This document shows positions 47,831-58,196 of a stretch of DNA of 64,000 nt, in pieces. The stretch lies in the NCBI GenBank assembly GCA_963677925.2, contig CAXXYH010000003.1:2141823-2205822 (forward strand), in the 5' to 3' direction. Numbering within the stretch: position 1 is the first letter of the stretch; each line of letters opens with the position of its first letter. Position numbers and translations under genes: made by a program. Below the pieces are notes generated by a model. It worked only from the letters and a program-made list of their open reading frames with translations, was not told the DNA's origin and ran no database searches. The stretch is from Spirochaetia bacterium (GTDB taxonomy: Bacteria; Spirochaetota; Spirochaetia; UBA9216).

Positions 47831-49278
47831 TTAATTGCAGATGTCACAATTCCCGCAGGGCTGCTCATCATCGAAGCCGAAATATGATTCGATGGCCTGC
47901 CGCCTGCAGGATTCGCTTCTGAAATACTGAACAATGCCCAGCAGCTTCTTCTGATCGCTCAGCAGCTTCTGCTCATGCTGCTCTTTTCCGATAATTGCTT
48001 CTGGCAGAGTATCACTGACAACCTTAAGATTCTTCTGCTCAAGGCTGCCTTCGGTTACTCCATACCGCTCAAAGAGACTCAGGCCGGTATCGAGACGGAA
48101 ATCAAACCGGTTCTTGAAAAACAGTTCGTTTTCAAGAAACTCCCGCCCCAGCGACTGTATCTGCTGCTCCCTGGACTTGACTACGCCATGCATCTTTTTA
48201 AGAAAGTCCGGATCCGGGTTGGACCATTTAATGAAATCCATATGAATGCTCAAATCATCCTGAGAGTAGAGCATCCTGCACAGGATGCATCTTTTCCATC
48301 CCGTCCGGCTCGGCCGATTTCCTGATAGTAAGATTCCATGCTCCCCGGGATTTCAGCATGGAGGACATAACGCAGGTCGGGTTTATCAATTCCCATACCG
48401 AAAGCATTGGTTGCAAGAACAAGAGCGTCAGATGACATAAACTGGTTCTGAACTTTTTTACGCTGTTTGGGAGCAAGCTTACCGTGGTAAACAAGATGCG
48501 GAACCCCGGCGGTATGAAGCATTTCAGAAAAACTCTCAAGCGTTTTTATAAGCGCAAAATATACTATCCCGCTGCCTTTAATGCTTTTAAATACAGAGCT
48601 GATGTTCTTGAGCTTTTCACCGTCAGAGAAGCACTCCTCTGCTTCAAGTCTCAAATTGGGACGCCTAATTCCCTGATGGAATATTTCCATTTCAGTGCCG
48701 GAGAAACCGAGTGAACTGATAATATCCTGCTGCACCGGCTTTGTAGCAGTTGCTGTCAGCGCAATGGTGAGAGGGTTACCAAGCTCAGCCCTCACCTCAC
48801 CCAGCCTGCTGTAATCAGGCCTGAAATCATGCCCCCATTGAGAAATACAGTGTGCCTCATCTACAGCAAGGAGTGAGATATTTGCCCTTTTAACTGCAAA
48901 CATAAAATCATGCTTTGAAAAACGCTCAGGAGTTACATAGAGAAACTTCAAATCACCGTAAACAAAATCTTCAAGCCGCTTTTTTTTGTCTGCAGACGGT
49001 ACAGTAGAATTTATATAATCAGCCTTGATACCTTTCTTCTTCAGAGCATCCACCTGATCCTTCATCAGAGAGATAAGCGGACTCACCACAAGAGTTCCAC
49101 CCTCAAAGATCAGCCCCGGAATCTGATAGCACAGTGATTTGCCTGCCCCGGTAGGCATAAGGACAAGCGAATGAGAGCCGGAGCCTTTAAGCAGTCTTGA
49201 GATAATTTGTTCCTGCATTCCCCGGAACTCTGGATAGCCGAAAAAGCGGTTTAATACATCTGATGGATTAGAACTCAA
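47831..49278 (-). pseudogene. second RecQ-family helicase, frameshifted (or sequence error)
   Basis: 48250-49278 carries helicase motifs up to EIGRAGRDG; 47831-48274 continues in another frame (LYSQDD...CRRQ..YFG...CGNCDIC). Break at about 48279-48280. Confidence 0.85.
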
Positions 49279-49346
49279 AAATATTTCCTGTATAGTGAGG
49301 ATATTATAGCCTTTTTACAGGCTCCCATGAAAGACCGCGGCTGTGT

Positions 49347-50495
49347 TCAGCTGAATAGTTCAAGCTGCTCAAAGTTAACTGCCCTGCGATTATCGGCAAG
49401 GGTTTTTGACATATAGCCAGCATCAAGCTCAAGCTCATCGGTAAGCCGCTTCATCTGATCTTCAGAAATCAGGTTCTCTTCGGAAAATAGATAGATAAGA
49501 GCCTTTTCTGCAATACAGGGAACCTTCAGACTGTTCATGCAGATCGGATTGGCCGGTTCTGCATCAAGGTAGTTCTCTTTGAGAATATTATAAAGCTGTG
49601 AGCGTTCAAGTTCATTTTTAATTGAAAACAGTTCCTGCTTAAGCGGATCGATATCTCCGCGTGAGGCTTCCTCACCAAGCGGCTTTAGAATCAGAAAGGT
49701 GTAGTCTTTACCCGGCAGGTAATGGTGCTCATCACAGCGGGTGCAGTAATTCGGTTCAAGAGGATTCTCTTTCTCGGTATCGCCGCCTATCACTATAAGC
49801 GGATCAAAATACAGAGCCGGACATTCCTTTCCGTCTATTTTGTAGTATCTGTATGTATAAAATGAGTCAATTATGCAGTCTTCATGCTCGCAGTAAGCAG
49901 TAAGGGTAAAAACGTCAGTTGCGGTTTCAAGCAGAAACCTTGCTGTAGCATTAAAAATATCCCTGCGGAAGTTAAGAATGAGGGTCGGAAAGATAAAGTT
50001 CATTCCGTAATGCTCGGAATATCTGCTTACAAGATACGCAATTCTTTCATCATAGAACGAAGCCTCATCAATTATCCAGGTTCCATGGTTAAGATGTTTT
50101 TCTATCATTTCTTCAAGTTCAAAAGAATTGCTTATCTTCGCAATGTTTCCGCCGAGCCGTTCATAACCGCCCCGGTAGGCAAGAGCATCTTCCGGATATT
50201 CCGGGAAGCGGCCGCCGTCCAGTGATGAACGGATAAAGAAAACTCTGCGGCGATCCGAGTCGGCAGTTGTAGTGAGGTCGGCTACCTCTTCAGATTTTTT
50301 AAGGGCAATCTTTGAATCACGCCAGACCCTTGATGAAAACTCGGTCTTACCCGATCCCATCGGTCCGATTACAAGAATCCGTCTTGAAGGTCTTGTAAAA
50401 TCATGATGATTATTCATGGTGTGAACATTAACTGCCGGGAATCCGATACTTTTAAGGAATCTCTCGGTTGCAGGGTTTTTCCGGTTATCTGCCAA
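49347..50495 (-). CDS. tdk: thymidine kinase, long spirochaete type
   Basis: IGPMGSGKT, IIDEA, NFRRDIF, LTAYC, IGG...Y.TRC..HH. Confidence 0.85.
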   Translation of the reverse strand: MADNRKNPATERFLKSIGFPAVNVHTMNNHHDFTRPSRRILVIGPMGSGKTEFSSRVWRDSKIALKKSEEVADLTTTADSDRRRVFFIRSSLDGGRFPEYPEDALAYRGGYERLGGNIAKISNSFELEEMIEKHLNHGTWIIDEASFYDERIAYLVSRYSEHYGMNFIFPTLILNFRRDIFNATARFLLETATDVFTLTAYCEHEDCIIDSFYTYRYYKIDGKECPALYFDPLIVIGGDTEKENPLEPNYCTRCDEHHYLPGKDYTFLILKPLGEEASRGDIDPLKQELFSIKNELERSQLYNILKENYLDAEPANPICMNSLKVPCIAEKALIYLFSEENLISEDQMKRLTDELELDAGYMSKTLADNRRAVNFEQLELFS

Positions 50496-51375
50496 TCTCT
50501 ACCTCATCAGTACCGGCATACTCCGCAAGAAACTCAAGAAGAATCTCAGCCTCATCCCTGCCGGAATCAAGTTTTTCAAGAAAGCTGTCATACAGCTTCT
50601 TAATATAATCCATGACCTCGTCAGATCTGTCCAGTCCTTTCGGGTCATCTTTAAACATTTCTGCAATGCTCCGCTCTGCCCATTTTTCACGGAAGCCCGG
50701 AAAAAGTGCAGTGTTCATAAAATAACCTGCAGGAATACAGTTTACGCTGTGCTGTTTTACAAGAAGTACAGACTCTATAATTTCGATGGAATTCTTGAAT
50801 ACCCAGTCGCGTTCAGCCTGATACCTTGAAGGATCATCCGCATACTTTTCTATTAAAGAATCGGTCATGAATGACGTGTAGGCACAGACCATCACATGAA
50901 GGCTGGGCACACAGTGCAGATGAGGATCAAAAAGATGAATAACAATAAAATTGAAATCGGCGATCACACCCGGCCTGTTTGTAGTTGACTGGCACTTACT
51001 GTATACACGGCCGGCGTACTCATAAAGAAGCCCTATTTCATGCACAAATTTACCGATATCATCGAGTGCTTCGTTACCGAATTCCCTATAAAGCCATCCG
51101 GCTGATTTCATCCAGAATACGGTGAATGTATTGTAAAGGCCCACCCACCCGGGAACAAAGGGGATGGACTTATCAAGCGGATGATCGACATTCACAACCG
51201 GTCGGATTGACGGTTTAAGCACTGTCTGGAACTGCAGACCGAAAAAATTTATGAAAATCAGCTTTAAAGTTTTCCCCAGAGCCCTGCGTATCGCCGGTAC
51301 AGATAGCGCGGATATCCATAAAAAAACGGGCGAAGTTTTCTGTATTCCGTTCAAGGAAGGTTTCATTTTTTTCAT
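50485..51375 (-). CDS. hypothetical protein with PAP2-like motifs
   Basis: CVPSLHV and LVKQHSV; overlaps the tdk start. Confidence 0.6.
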   Translation of the reverse strand: MKKMKPSLNGIQKTSPVFLWISALSVPAIRRALGKTLKLIFINFFGLQFQTVLKPSIRPVVNVDHPLDKSIPFVPGWVGLYNTFTVFWMKSAGWLYREFGNEALDDIGKFVHEIGLLYEYAGRVYSKCQSTTNRPGVIADFNFIVIHLFDPHLHCVPSLHVMVCAYTSFMTDSLIEKYADDPSRYQAERDWVFKNSIEIIESVLLVKQHSVNCIPAGYFMNTALFPGFREKWAERSIAEMFKDDPKGLDRSDEVMDYIKKLYDSFLEKLDSGRDEAEILLEFLAEYAGTDEVEIGR

Positions 51376-51463
51376 TCCATCAGTTTATAAACCGGCAGGC
51401 CCAAAAAATCAAGGGCGGGCCGCGCCATTGACTAAGGCCTCTTTGACTGTTATTTTCTAATTT

Positions 51464-52405
51464 ATGATAGCAGAAAAACTTACTGAACCCGTTTTCTGGG
51501 CCCTTGCAGCGGTCGCATTGCTGAATATTACCCAGCGCAAGCACCAAAAGCACTGCCAGAAAAAGCGGATCGCCACAATTATCTGGGCCGGCCTTGTCTT
51601 TCTTTTCTACGTAATTGTAATTCTAATAGCTGCAAAAGAACAGCTTCCTGATTACCTCCTCATAGCCGGAGTAGGTATTGTCGCCATTATCGCATACATT
51701 TTCAGAGCAAAAGCACTGCCGTGGAAACTTAAATGTACATCCTGCGGTACAAAGCTTGATTTCAACCGCATCCTCTACTACGACTCAAACATGTGTTCCG
51801 AATGTGATCCGGATGAAGAACCCGAGGAAGAACGGAAACCCTCTTTTATGGATAAATTCCTGAAACCTCAGACTCCCGAACCTCAGCCTGTGGAAGAAGA
51901 GGAAATCATAGTTCCGGACACTGTTGATGAGGTTGACTGGGATTCATGGAAATTCAAGGAGCAGGCGGTAATCTGCTACATCAGAAGTGAAAAGCAGATT
52001 CTTCTTATTAACAAGAAGACAGGCCTCGGCGCCGGCAAGGTAAACGCACCGGGCGGACGGATAGAACCGGGCGAAATGCCTGCAGAAGCAGCAATCCGGG
52101 AATGTCAGGAGGAAGTAGGCCTGACACCGATCAATCCCGAAATGATGGGCGACCTTTTCTTTATTTTCAAAAACGGTCATTCCATCCGCGGCTTTGCATT
52201 CACAGCAGAATCATATGAAGGAGAAATGGTCGAGACAGACGAAGCGGAACCCTTCTGGGCTGATGAAGAACGCCTTCCTTACGACAAGATGTGGGCTGAT
52301 GATGCAGTCTGGCTGCCGGAAGTCCTTGCCGGAAAAAAAATATCGGGCAAATTCATCTTTGATGATGACACAATGCTCAGCGAAAAACTTGAAATAAAAG
52401 ACTGA
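51464..52405 (+). CDS. membrane-anchored, zinc-ribbon Nudix hydrolase (MTH1/8-oxo-dGTPase-like)
   Basis: Three TMs, CTSC...CSEC, Nudix box GGRIEPGE...AIRECQEEVGL, PYDKMWADD. Confidence 0.85.
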   Translation: MIAEKLTEPVFWALAAVALLNITQRKHQKHCQKKRIATIIWAGLVFLFYVIVILIAAKEQLPDYLLIAGVGIVAIIAYIFRAKALPWKLKCTSCGTKLDFNRILYYDSNMCSECDPDEEPEEERKPSFMDKFLKPQTPEPQPVEEEEIIVPDTVDEVDWDSWKFKEQAVICYIRSEKQILLINKKTGLGAGKVNAPGGRIEPGEMPAEAAIRECQEEVGLTPINPEMMGDLFFIFKNGHSIRGFAFTAESYEGEMVETDEAEPFWADEERLPYDKMWADDAVWLPEVLAGKKISGKFIFDDDTMLSEKLEIKD

Positions 52406-52415
52406 CATAACGAAT

Positions 52416-53597
52416 ATGGAGAGAAGTATGTATCAGATTAAGACCTTGAACAACATTTCATCCAAGGGCATGGACCTTCTGGATATGAGCAGGTATGCGG
52501 TTGACAGCGGTTCCGACACTGTTGACGGAATTATACTGCGAAGCTACAAGATGCACGATATGGAGATCCCTGAAGGCCTTAAGGGTGTTGCCAGAGCCGG
52601 CGCGGGAACCAACAATATTCCTGTCAATGAATACACCGAAAAAGGTATTGTTGTCTTCAACACTCCCGGAGCAAACGCAAACAGCGTTAAAGAACTCGTG
52701 CTTATGGGACTTTTCATATCATCCCGTAAGATTATCCGCGGTGTTGACTGGGTACAGAGCCTCGACAAGGGCGATGAAGTTTCAAAGCTTGTTGAGAAGG
52801 GTAAATCAGACTTTGCCGGTGCTGAAATTATGGGTAAGACCCTTGGAATCATCGGTCTCGGTGCAATCGGGGTTATGGTTGCAAATGACGCAGTATCGCT
52901 TGGTATGAATGTAATAGGTTTTGACCCATACATTTCAATCGATGCAGCCTGGGGACTTTCAAGATCAGTACAGAGGGCAGCGTCCATGGATCAGCTTCTT
53001 GAGAAATGCGACTATATTACTGTCCATGTCCCGCTTAACGATTCAACAAGAGGCCTTATAAACAGCGAAAGCATCGCAAAGATGAAGAAGGGTGTAAAGA
53101 TCCTAAACTTTGCAAGAGGAGAACTGGTTGACAACAAGGCCCTGCTTGCTGCAATTGAATCCGGACAGGTTGACCGCTATGTTACAGACTTCCCGGACAA
53201 GGATGTAATCGGTGTCGAAAACATCATTCCAATTCCCCACCTCGGAGCGTCAACACCTGAAGCCGAAGAAAACTGTGCAATCATGGCGGTCAGACAGCTT
53301 TGTGACTACCTCGAAACAGGAAACATCAAAAACTCGGTCAACTACCCTGACTGCTCAATGCCGATGAACGGTGAAACCCGAATAGCTATCGGAAACAGAA
53401 ATGTTCCCAACATGGTCGGACAGATTTCACACGTGATCGCCGAAAGCGGACTTAACATTGCCAATATGATCAACAGGAACAAGGGCGATCATGCATACAA
53501 CCTCATCGATATTGACGGATCTGTACCTGAAGATGTGCTTGAGAAGATTAACGCCATTGACGGAATCATTTTTACAAGGATAATAGAAGCTAAATAG
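52416..53597 (+). CDS. serA: D-3-phosphoglycerate dehydrogenase with ACT domain
   Basis: [35 protein letters not shown]; start may be 52428. Confidence 0.9.
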   Translation: MERSMYQIKTLNNISSKGMDLLDMSRYAVDSGSDTVDGIILRSYKMHDMEIPEGLKGVARAGAGTNNIPVNEYTEKGIVVFNTPGANANSVKELVLMGLFISSRKIIRGVDWVQSLDKGDEVSKLVEKGKSDFAGAEIMGKTLGIIGLGAIGVMVANDAVSLGMNVIGFDPYISIDAAWGLSRSVQRAASMDQLLEKCDYITVHVPLNDSTRGLINSESIAKMKKGVKILNFARGELVDNKALLAAIESGQVDRYVTDFPDKDVIGVENIIPIPHLGASTPEAEENCAIMAVRQLCDYLETGNIKNSVNYPDCSMPMNGETRIAIGNRNVPNMVGQISHVIAESGLNIANMINRNKGDHAYNLIDIDGSVPEDVLEKINAIDGIIFTRIIEAK

Positions 53598-53599
53598 TT

Positions 53600-54676
53600 A
53601 TGAAAAAGATTATCACTGTCGGTTTAACAGTACTTTTGATTTTTGTTTCCTTCAGCTGCGCAAATGCTAAGGAAAAGAACAGTTCAGCTGCCGTCGGAGA
53701 TACGAAAGACACCAATATTGAGGAGAAATACATGGATCTTAGTGACGGCCTCTATGCCGAAATAAGCACAAGCAAGGGTGATATCCTTCTTGAGCTTGAA
53801 TATAAAAAAACACCGATGACAGTAGCCAACTTTGTAGGACTGGCAGAGGGAAAACTTGATAACACAAAGGGTGAAGAGCCATTCTACGACGGACTTAAGT
53901 TTCACAGGGTTATTGATAATTTCATGATTCAGGGCGGGGACCCCAACGGAAACGGCACAGGCGGACCCGGCTATAAATTTCCTGATGAGTTTGATTCAAG
54001 CCTAAGACATAGCGGACCCGGAATCCTTTCAATGGCAAACAGCGGACCCGGAACAAACGGCAGCCAGTTTTTCATCACACATGTTGAGACTCCCTGGCTG
54101 AATGACAAGCACACGGTTTTCGGACATGTTGTTGAAGGCCAGAATGTAGTTGATGCGATTGCCCAGGGCGATGTTATGGACAAAGTAACCATTATCAGAA
54201 AGGGTGCGGATGCCGAGGCCTTCAAGGCTGACCAGGAAACCTTTGACAAGTTTGTAAAGGATTCCGCTTCAAGAGCGGCTGCAAAACTTGAAGAAGCAAG
54301 AAAGGAAGAACTCGATCTAATCAAGAAAAACTGGCCGGATGCAGAAAAGACCGAGTCAGGACTTATGTACATCGTAAGACAGGAAGGCGACGGAAACGGC
54401 AGCCCGAAAATGGGAAGCACAGTTACCTGCCATTATGAGGGAACACTTCTTGACGGAACCCTTTTTGACAGCTCGATTAAAAGAGGCGAACCTATTGATT
54501 TCCAGATTGGCCAGGTCATTCAGGGCTGGAATGAGGCTCTTATGAGCATGACCAAGGGTGAAAAAAGAACCCTCATCATCCCGCCCGAACTTGGTTACGG
54601 TGAAAGAGGTTACCCCGGAGTAATCCCCGAGAACGCCTACCTTATTTTTGAAGTAGAGCTTATCGATTTTAAATAA
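53600..54676 (+). CDS. cyclophilin-FKBP fusion peptidyl-prolyl isomerase, putative lipoprotein
   Basis: Lipobox-like SFSC; [13 protein letters not shown] and TNGSQFFIT; HYEGTL.DG..FDSS and VIQGW. Confidence 0.93.
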   Translation: MKKIITVGLTVLLIFVSFSCANAKEKNSSAAVGDTKDTNIEEKYMDLSDGLYAEISTSKGDILLELEYKKTPMTVANFVGLAEGKLDNTKGEEPFYDGLKFHRVIDNFMIQGGDPNGNGTGGPGYKFPDEFDSSLRHSGPGILSMANSGPGTNGSQFFITHVETPWLNDKHTVFGHVVEGQNVVDAIAQGDVMDKVTIIRKGADAEAFKADQETFDKFVKDSASRAAAKLEEARKEELDLIKKNWPDAEKTESGLMYIVRQEGDGNGSPKMGSTVTCHYEGTLLDGTLFDSSIKRGEPIDFQIGQVIQGWNEALMSMTKGEKRTLIIPPELGYGERGYPGVIPENAYLIFEVELIDFK

Positions 54677-54711
54677 ACAGGCTGAGGCTTACGCCGGATG
54701 CAGACATGGAG

Positions 54712-54740
54712 ACCGCCCTAAACCACAGGGCGGTTTTTTT
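54712..54740 (+). terminator. intrinsic terminator
   Basis: ACCGCCCT/AGGGCGGT stem followed by a T-run. Confidence 0.85.
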
Positions 54741-54742
54741 AT

Positions 54743-55072
54743 TTATAAATATTTTTTATAGTCTTCACGGGCTTCTGCGAAGACTTCAAGAGCCACAGAG
54801 TCTTCAATGATATCAGCCCTGTGCGAAGCCCCGACCGGAATACACCAGCTGTCGCCGGGCTCAAGATTATGCGGAACCTCATCAATATACAGGATCATAT
54901 TTCCTGAAATCAGGTAACCGGTCTGTTCATAGGTATGTGAGTGCGGAGGCAGAATACTTCCCTTTTCAAGCAGAAATTTGCTCATAAGTGTATTTTCCCC
55001 GTAACAAAGGGTCTGTATGCTTATTCCTTCAATCATTGAATGAAATCCGTCACCCTTATGCTTGCCAATCAT
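54743..55072 (-). CDS. cupin domain protein
   Basis: PPHSH.YEQ.GY and PGDSW.IP....H. Confidence 0.88.
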   Translation of the reverse strand: MIGKHKGDGFHSMIEGISIQTLCYGENTLMSKFLLEKGSILPPHSHTYEQTGYLISGNMILYIDEVPHNLEPGDSWCIPVGASHRADIIEDSVALEVFAEAREDYKKYL

Positions 55073-55112
55073 GTTTTAACTCCTTCACCGAATCGGCTCA
55101 CGGTATAATAAC

Positions 55113-55583
55113 TTACCGGCTTATCCGGTATTCCATGGGATAGTAGATTATGCCGTCCTTCTCTTCACGCCCGCCTGTCAGCTCAAAGCCGAGCCTCTTA
55201 TAAACGGGAAGTGCGAAGGGTGATGAATTAACTGTGATCTTTTTAATCTCAGGATGATGAGAGCGGATGTGTCTCAGGGAAAATGCAAAAAGCATTCTGC
55301 CTACACCTCGATTCTGATAGTCTTTGGAAACAAAGAAGGTCGTGAGATGGCTGATATCCCGGAAAGCTGCCACACCGGCGAATATATCTTCAACCCTTGC
55401 GGCGGCGAAAAATCCTCCCTGCTCAAAGCGTTCGCTTACTGCTGCTTCCTCGAGGTATGAATAAAAGTGGCTGTTGCCCTCATCTGAGTAGTCGGGAGCA
55501 ACAAACTCGTCATAAACGGTTCTAACAAGGCTGCAGAACTCCGGGATTTCCTCTTTTTTTAATTCGGATATTTTTAATTCCAT
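55113..55583 (-). CDS. GNAT family acetyltransferase
   Basis: FFV...YQNRGVGR, TVNSSPFA..VY.RLGF; start at 55583 or 55589. Confidence 0.88.
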   Translation of the reverse strand: MELKISELKKEEIPEFCSLVRTVYDEFVAPDYSDEGNSHFYSYLEEAAVSERFEQGGFFAAARVEDIFAGVAAFRDISHLTTFFVSKDYQNRGVGRMLFAFSLRHIRSHHPEIKKITVNSSPFALPVYKRLGFELTGGREEKDGIIYYPMEYRISR

Positions 55584-55624
55584 GGACATAGACTACGGGA
55601 AAAGGTCTTAAACAGCAACACAGG

Positions 55625-55675
55625 AAAGGGTGTATCAGGTGAATAATTCAGCAGAAACATTCATCTGATACACCC
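55625..55675 (-). terminator. 17-bp hairpin after ridA
   Basis: GGGTGTATCAGGTGAAT (55628-55644) / ATTCATCTGATACACCC (55659-55675), one mismatch; short T tail. Confidence 0.65.
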
Positions 55676-55687
55676 GGAGATTCAAAT

Positions 55688-56062
55688 TCAGCTCTTTTTA
55701 ACAGCAATGGCCTCAATTTCAACAAGCGCCTTTTTAGGAAGCTTTCCGACTTCCACAGCACTTCTTGCCGGATAATCACTTTTAAAATAATTCTGATATA
55801 CTCCGTTCATTTTTGAGAAGTCTTCCATACTGTCAAGAAACACAGTGGTTTTAATTACAGTTTCAAGACTCCCGCCCATCGACTCAAGCACAGCGCTCAG
55901 GTTTTTCAGAGCGGTATCGGTCTGTTCTTCCACTGTTTCAGGCAGGATTCCTGTTTCAGGCTCCATGCCGATCTGTCCTGATGTAAAGATCAGTTTTTCA
56001 AAAGACTGTGCCACAGAATACGGGCCTATGGGCTTTGGGATTTTCGTATTATCACTCATCAA
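55688..56062 (-). CDS. ridA: RidA family enamine/imine deaminase
   Basis: IGPYS, SGQIG, catalytic PARS, VEIEAIA. Confidence 0.92.
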   Translation of the reverse strand: MMSDNTKIPKPIGPYSVAQSFEKLIFTSGQIGMEPETGILPETVEEQTDTALKNLSAVLESMGGSLETVIKTTVFLDSMEDFSKMNGVYQNYFKSDYPARSAVEVGKLPKKALVEIEAIAVKKS

Positions 56063-56074
56063 ATTCCTCCATTA

Positions 56075-57010
56075 TTAATTCTTACTGCACTTTTCCAGTA
56101 TATCATGCCATCTTCTGTCCGTTTCATTCTGAATTTCTTCCAGCAGGTGTTCATTTTCCTTCTGAAAAAGATGACGGAACCGGCCCTGCGGCCTTAGAAA
56201 ATCAACAACAGGAATTTTCTTCTTTGGCTCATAGGTCAGTTTCCAGCGGCCTTCTTCTATTTCAAACATGGGCCACCAGCAGCTGTCGATCGCCAGTTTG
56301 CACATATTCATCATCTGTGATGTTTCATATCGCCAGCCCCTTGGGCAGGGAGCAAGTATATTCATAAAGGCTGCTCCCTTTGTGTAGATTGCCTTTTCAG
56401 ATTTCTCATGAATGTCTTTGAAATTTCCTGTAAATGTTGTCTGTGCAACATAGGGAATATTATGAGCCGCTATAATATCTGTCAGTTCCTTGCGGTTCTG
56501 GTTTTTTCCATCACTGACTGCACCGACAGGAGTGGTAGTCGTATCAGCATAATGAGGTGTAGCAGAGGAACGCTGTATACCGGTATTCATGTATGCGCCG
56601 TTGTCGTAGCAGACATATACCATATCATGATTCCTTTCCATTGCACCGGAGAGAGACTGAAAGCCTATATCATAGGTTCCGCCGTCACCGCCGAAAGTTA
56701 TAAATTTAAAGTCTTTACTTACACGGCCTCTCCGCTTAAGAGCTTTATATGCACCTTCAACACCGCTTACAGTCGCACCGGCATTCTCGAAGGCGTTGTG
56801 AATAAAGGAATCCTTCCATGATGTATACGGATACATAAACGTTGATACTTCAAGACATCCGGTGGCACAGCCTATAACAGCCTTGTCTTCCTGTTTAACT
56901 GCCCTCAACACAGATCTCACAGCAACCGGGGCACCGCAGCCCGCACACATTCTGTGTCCGCCTGCCAGTCTTTCAGGCTTTTTTATAGTTTCCTTAAAAT
57001 TATATGACAT
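56075..57010 (-). CDS. porB: pyruvate/2-oxoacid:ferredoxin oxidoreductase beta subunit
   Basis: GHRMCAGCG, GGDGGTYDIG, YMNTGIQRS, PCPRGW. Confidence 0.94.
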   Translation of the reverse strand: MSYNFKETIKKPERLAGGHRMCAGCGAPVAVRSVLRAVKQEDKAVIGCATGCLEVSTFMYPYTSWKDSFIHNAFENAGATVSGVEGAYKALKRRGRVSKDFKFITFGGDGGTYDIGFQSLSGAMERNHDMVYVCYDNGAYMNTGIQRSSATPHYADTTTTPVGAVSDGKNQNRKELTDIIAAHNIPYVAQTTFTGNFKDIHEKSEKAIYTKGAAFMNILAPCPRGWRYETSQMMNMCKLAIDSCWWPMFEIEEGRWKLTYEPKKKIPVVDFLRPQGRFRHLFQKENEHLLEEIQNETDRRWHDILEKCSKN

Positions 57011-58196
57011 GCTGTCCCCTTAAACTAAGATATCTGAAAATATCAGCTGAACCTGACCCGTCCGCATCCCTGCAAAGGTCTTCAAAAACCGAAACCATGT
57101 CCTGAACCCTGACATCCCTGCCGCCGAGACCGTAAATATAATTAACCGCTTTAGGCCTGCGCTCACTGTCGAACATTGCCGACCTTACTTCGGCAAACAG
57201 CGGACCGCCGGCTCCGGACATTCCTTCACATTTGTCCATAACTGCTACAGCTTTCAGATTACCAAGAGCCTCCCTGATTTCATCAAAGGGAAAGGGCCTG
57301 AAAACCCGTATCTTAAGGAGACCTGCCTTTATTCCGCGGCTGCGCATTTGATCAACAGCAATCTTGGCCGTACCCGCGCTGGAGTTGATAATAACAAGTG
57401 CAACGTCGGCATCGTCGAGCATGTACTCTTCAAAGAAACTGTATTTTCTTCCTGTCAGTTCTTCATACTCAGCTGCTATTTCAAGAATCACATTTTTTGC
57501 GTTCAGCATAGACTGGGCCTGCTGTCTTTTGCTTTCCATATAATAGGCAGAGGTCGCATAGGGTCCGAGTGAAAGGTGTCCTGATTCAGAAAGAAGGAAA
57601 TGTTCCGGGTCATATTCCCGGACAAAGGCCTTTACATCCTCATCCTGAAGCAGTTCAATATTTTCAACCGCATGACTTGTAATGAAACCGTCCTGGCAGA
57701 CCATCACAGGCAGCTGGACATCAGGATGCTCTCCTATCCGTACAGCCTGTATGAGGTTGTCATATGCTTCCTGATTATCTTCCGAGTACAGCTGAATCCA
57801 GCCGGAATCACGGGCTCCCATTGAATCACTGTGATCCGCATTTATATTAATCGGCCCGGAAAGAGCCCTGTTGACACAGGCCATTGTAATTGGGAGTTTC
57901 AGCGAAGCTGCCACATAAAGCATTTCCCACATGAGCGCAAGACCGCAGGATGAAGTGGCCGTCATTGTTCTTGCCCCTGCAGCCTGTGAGCCGATACATG
58001 CGGACATTGCACTGTGCTCTGATTCAACCGGAATAAATTCGGTATCAACCTGCCCGTTTGAAATATATGATGAATAATACTGCGGAATTTCCGTCGAAGG
58101 TGTTATGGGAAATGCGGGTATTACATCCGGATTTATCTGCCGCATTGCTGTTGCTACGGCTTCGTTTCCGGACATTCGTTCCTTAATTGCAGCCAT
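57000..58196 (-). CDS. porA: pyruvate/2-oxoacid:ferredoxin oxidoreductase alpha subunit
   Basis: SGNEAVA, FPITPST, VESEHSAMS, GLGGRD. Confidence 0.94.
   Translation of the reverse strand: MAAIKERMSGNEAVATAMRQINPDVIPAFPITPSTEIPQYYSSYISNGQVDTEFIPVESEHSAMSACIGSQAAGARTMTATSSCGLALMWEMLYVAASLKLPITMACVNRALSGPININADHSDSMGARDSGWIQLYSEDNQEAYDNLIQAVRIGEHPDVQLPVMVCQDGFITSHAVENIELLQDEDVKAFVREYDPEHFLLSESGHLSLGPYATSAYYMESKRQQAQSMLNAKNVILEIAAEYEELTGRKYSFFEEYMLDDADVALVIINSSAGTAKIAVDQMRSRGIKAGLLKIRVFRPFPFDEIREALGNLKAVAVMDKCEGMSGAGGPLFAEVRSAMFDSERRPKAVNYIYGLGGRDVRVQDMVSVFEDLCRDADGSGSADIFRYLSLRGQHVI

Noticed and set aside
47831-48274. Independent 147-aa gene
   Set aside because: It is the C-terminal part of the frameshifted RecQ-family gene.
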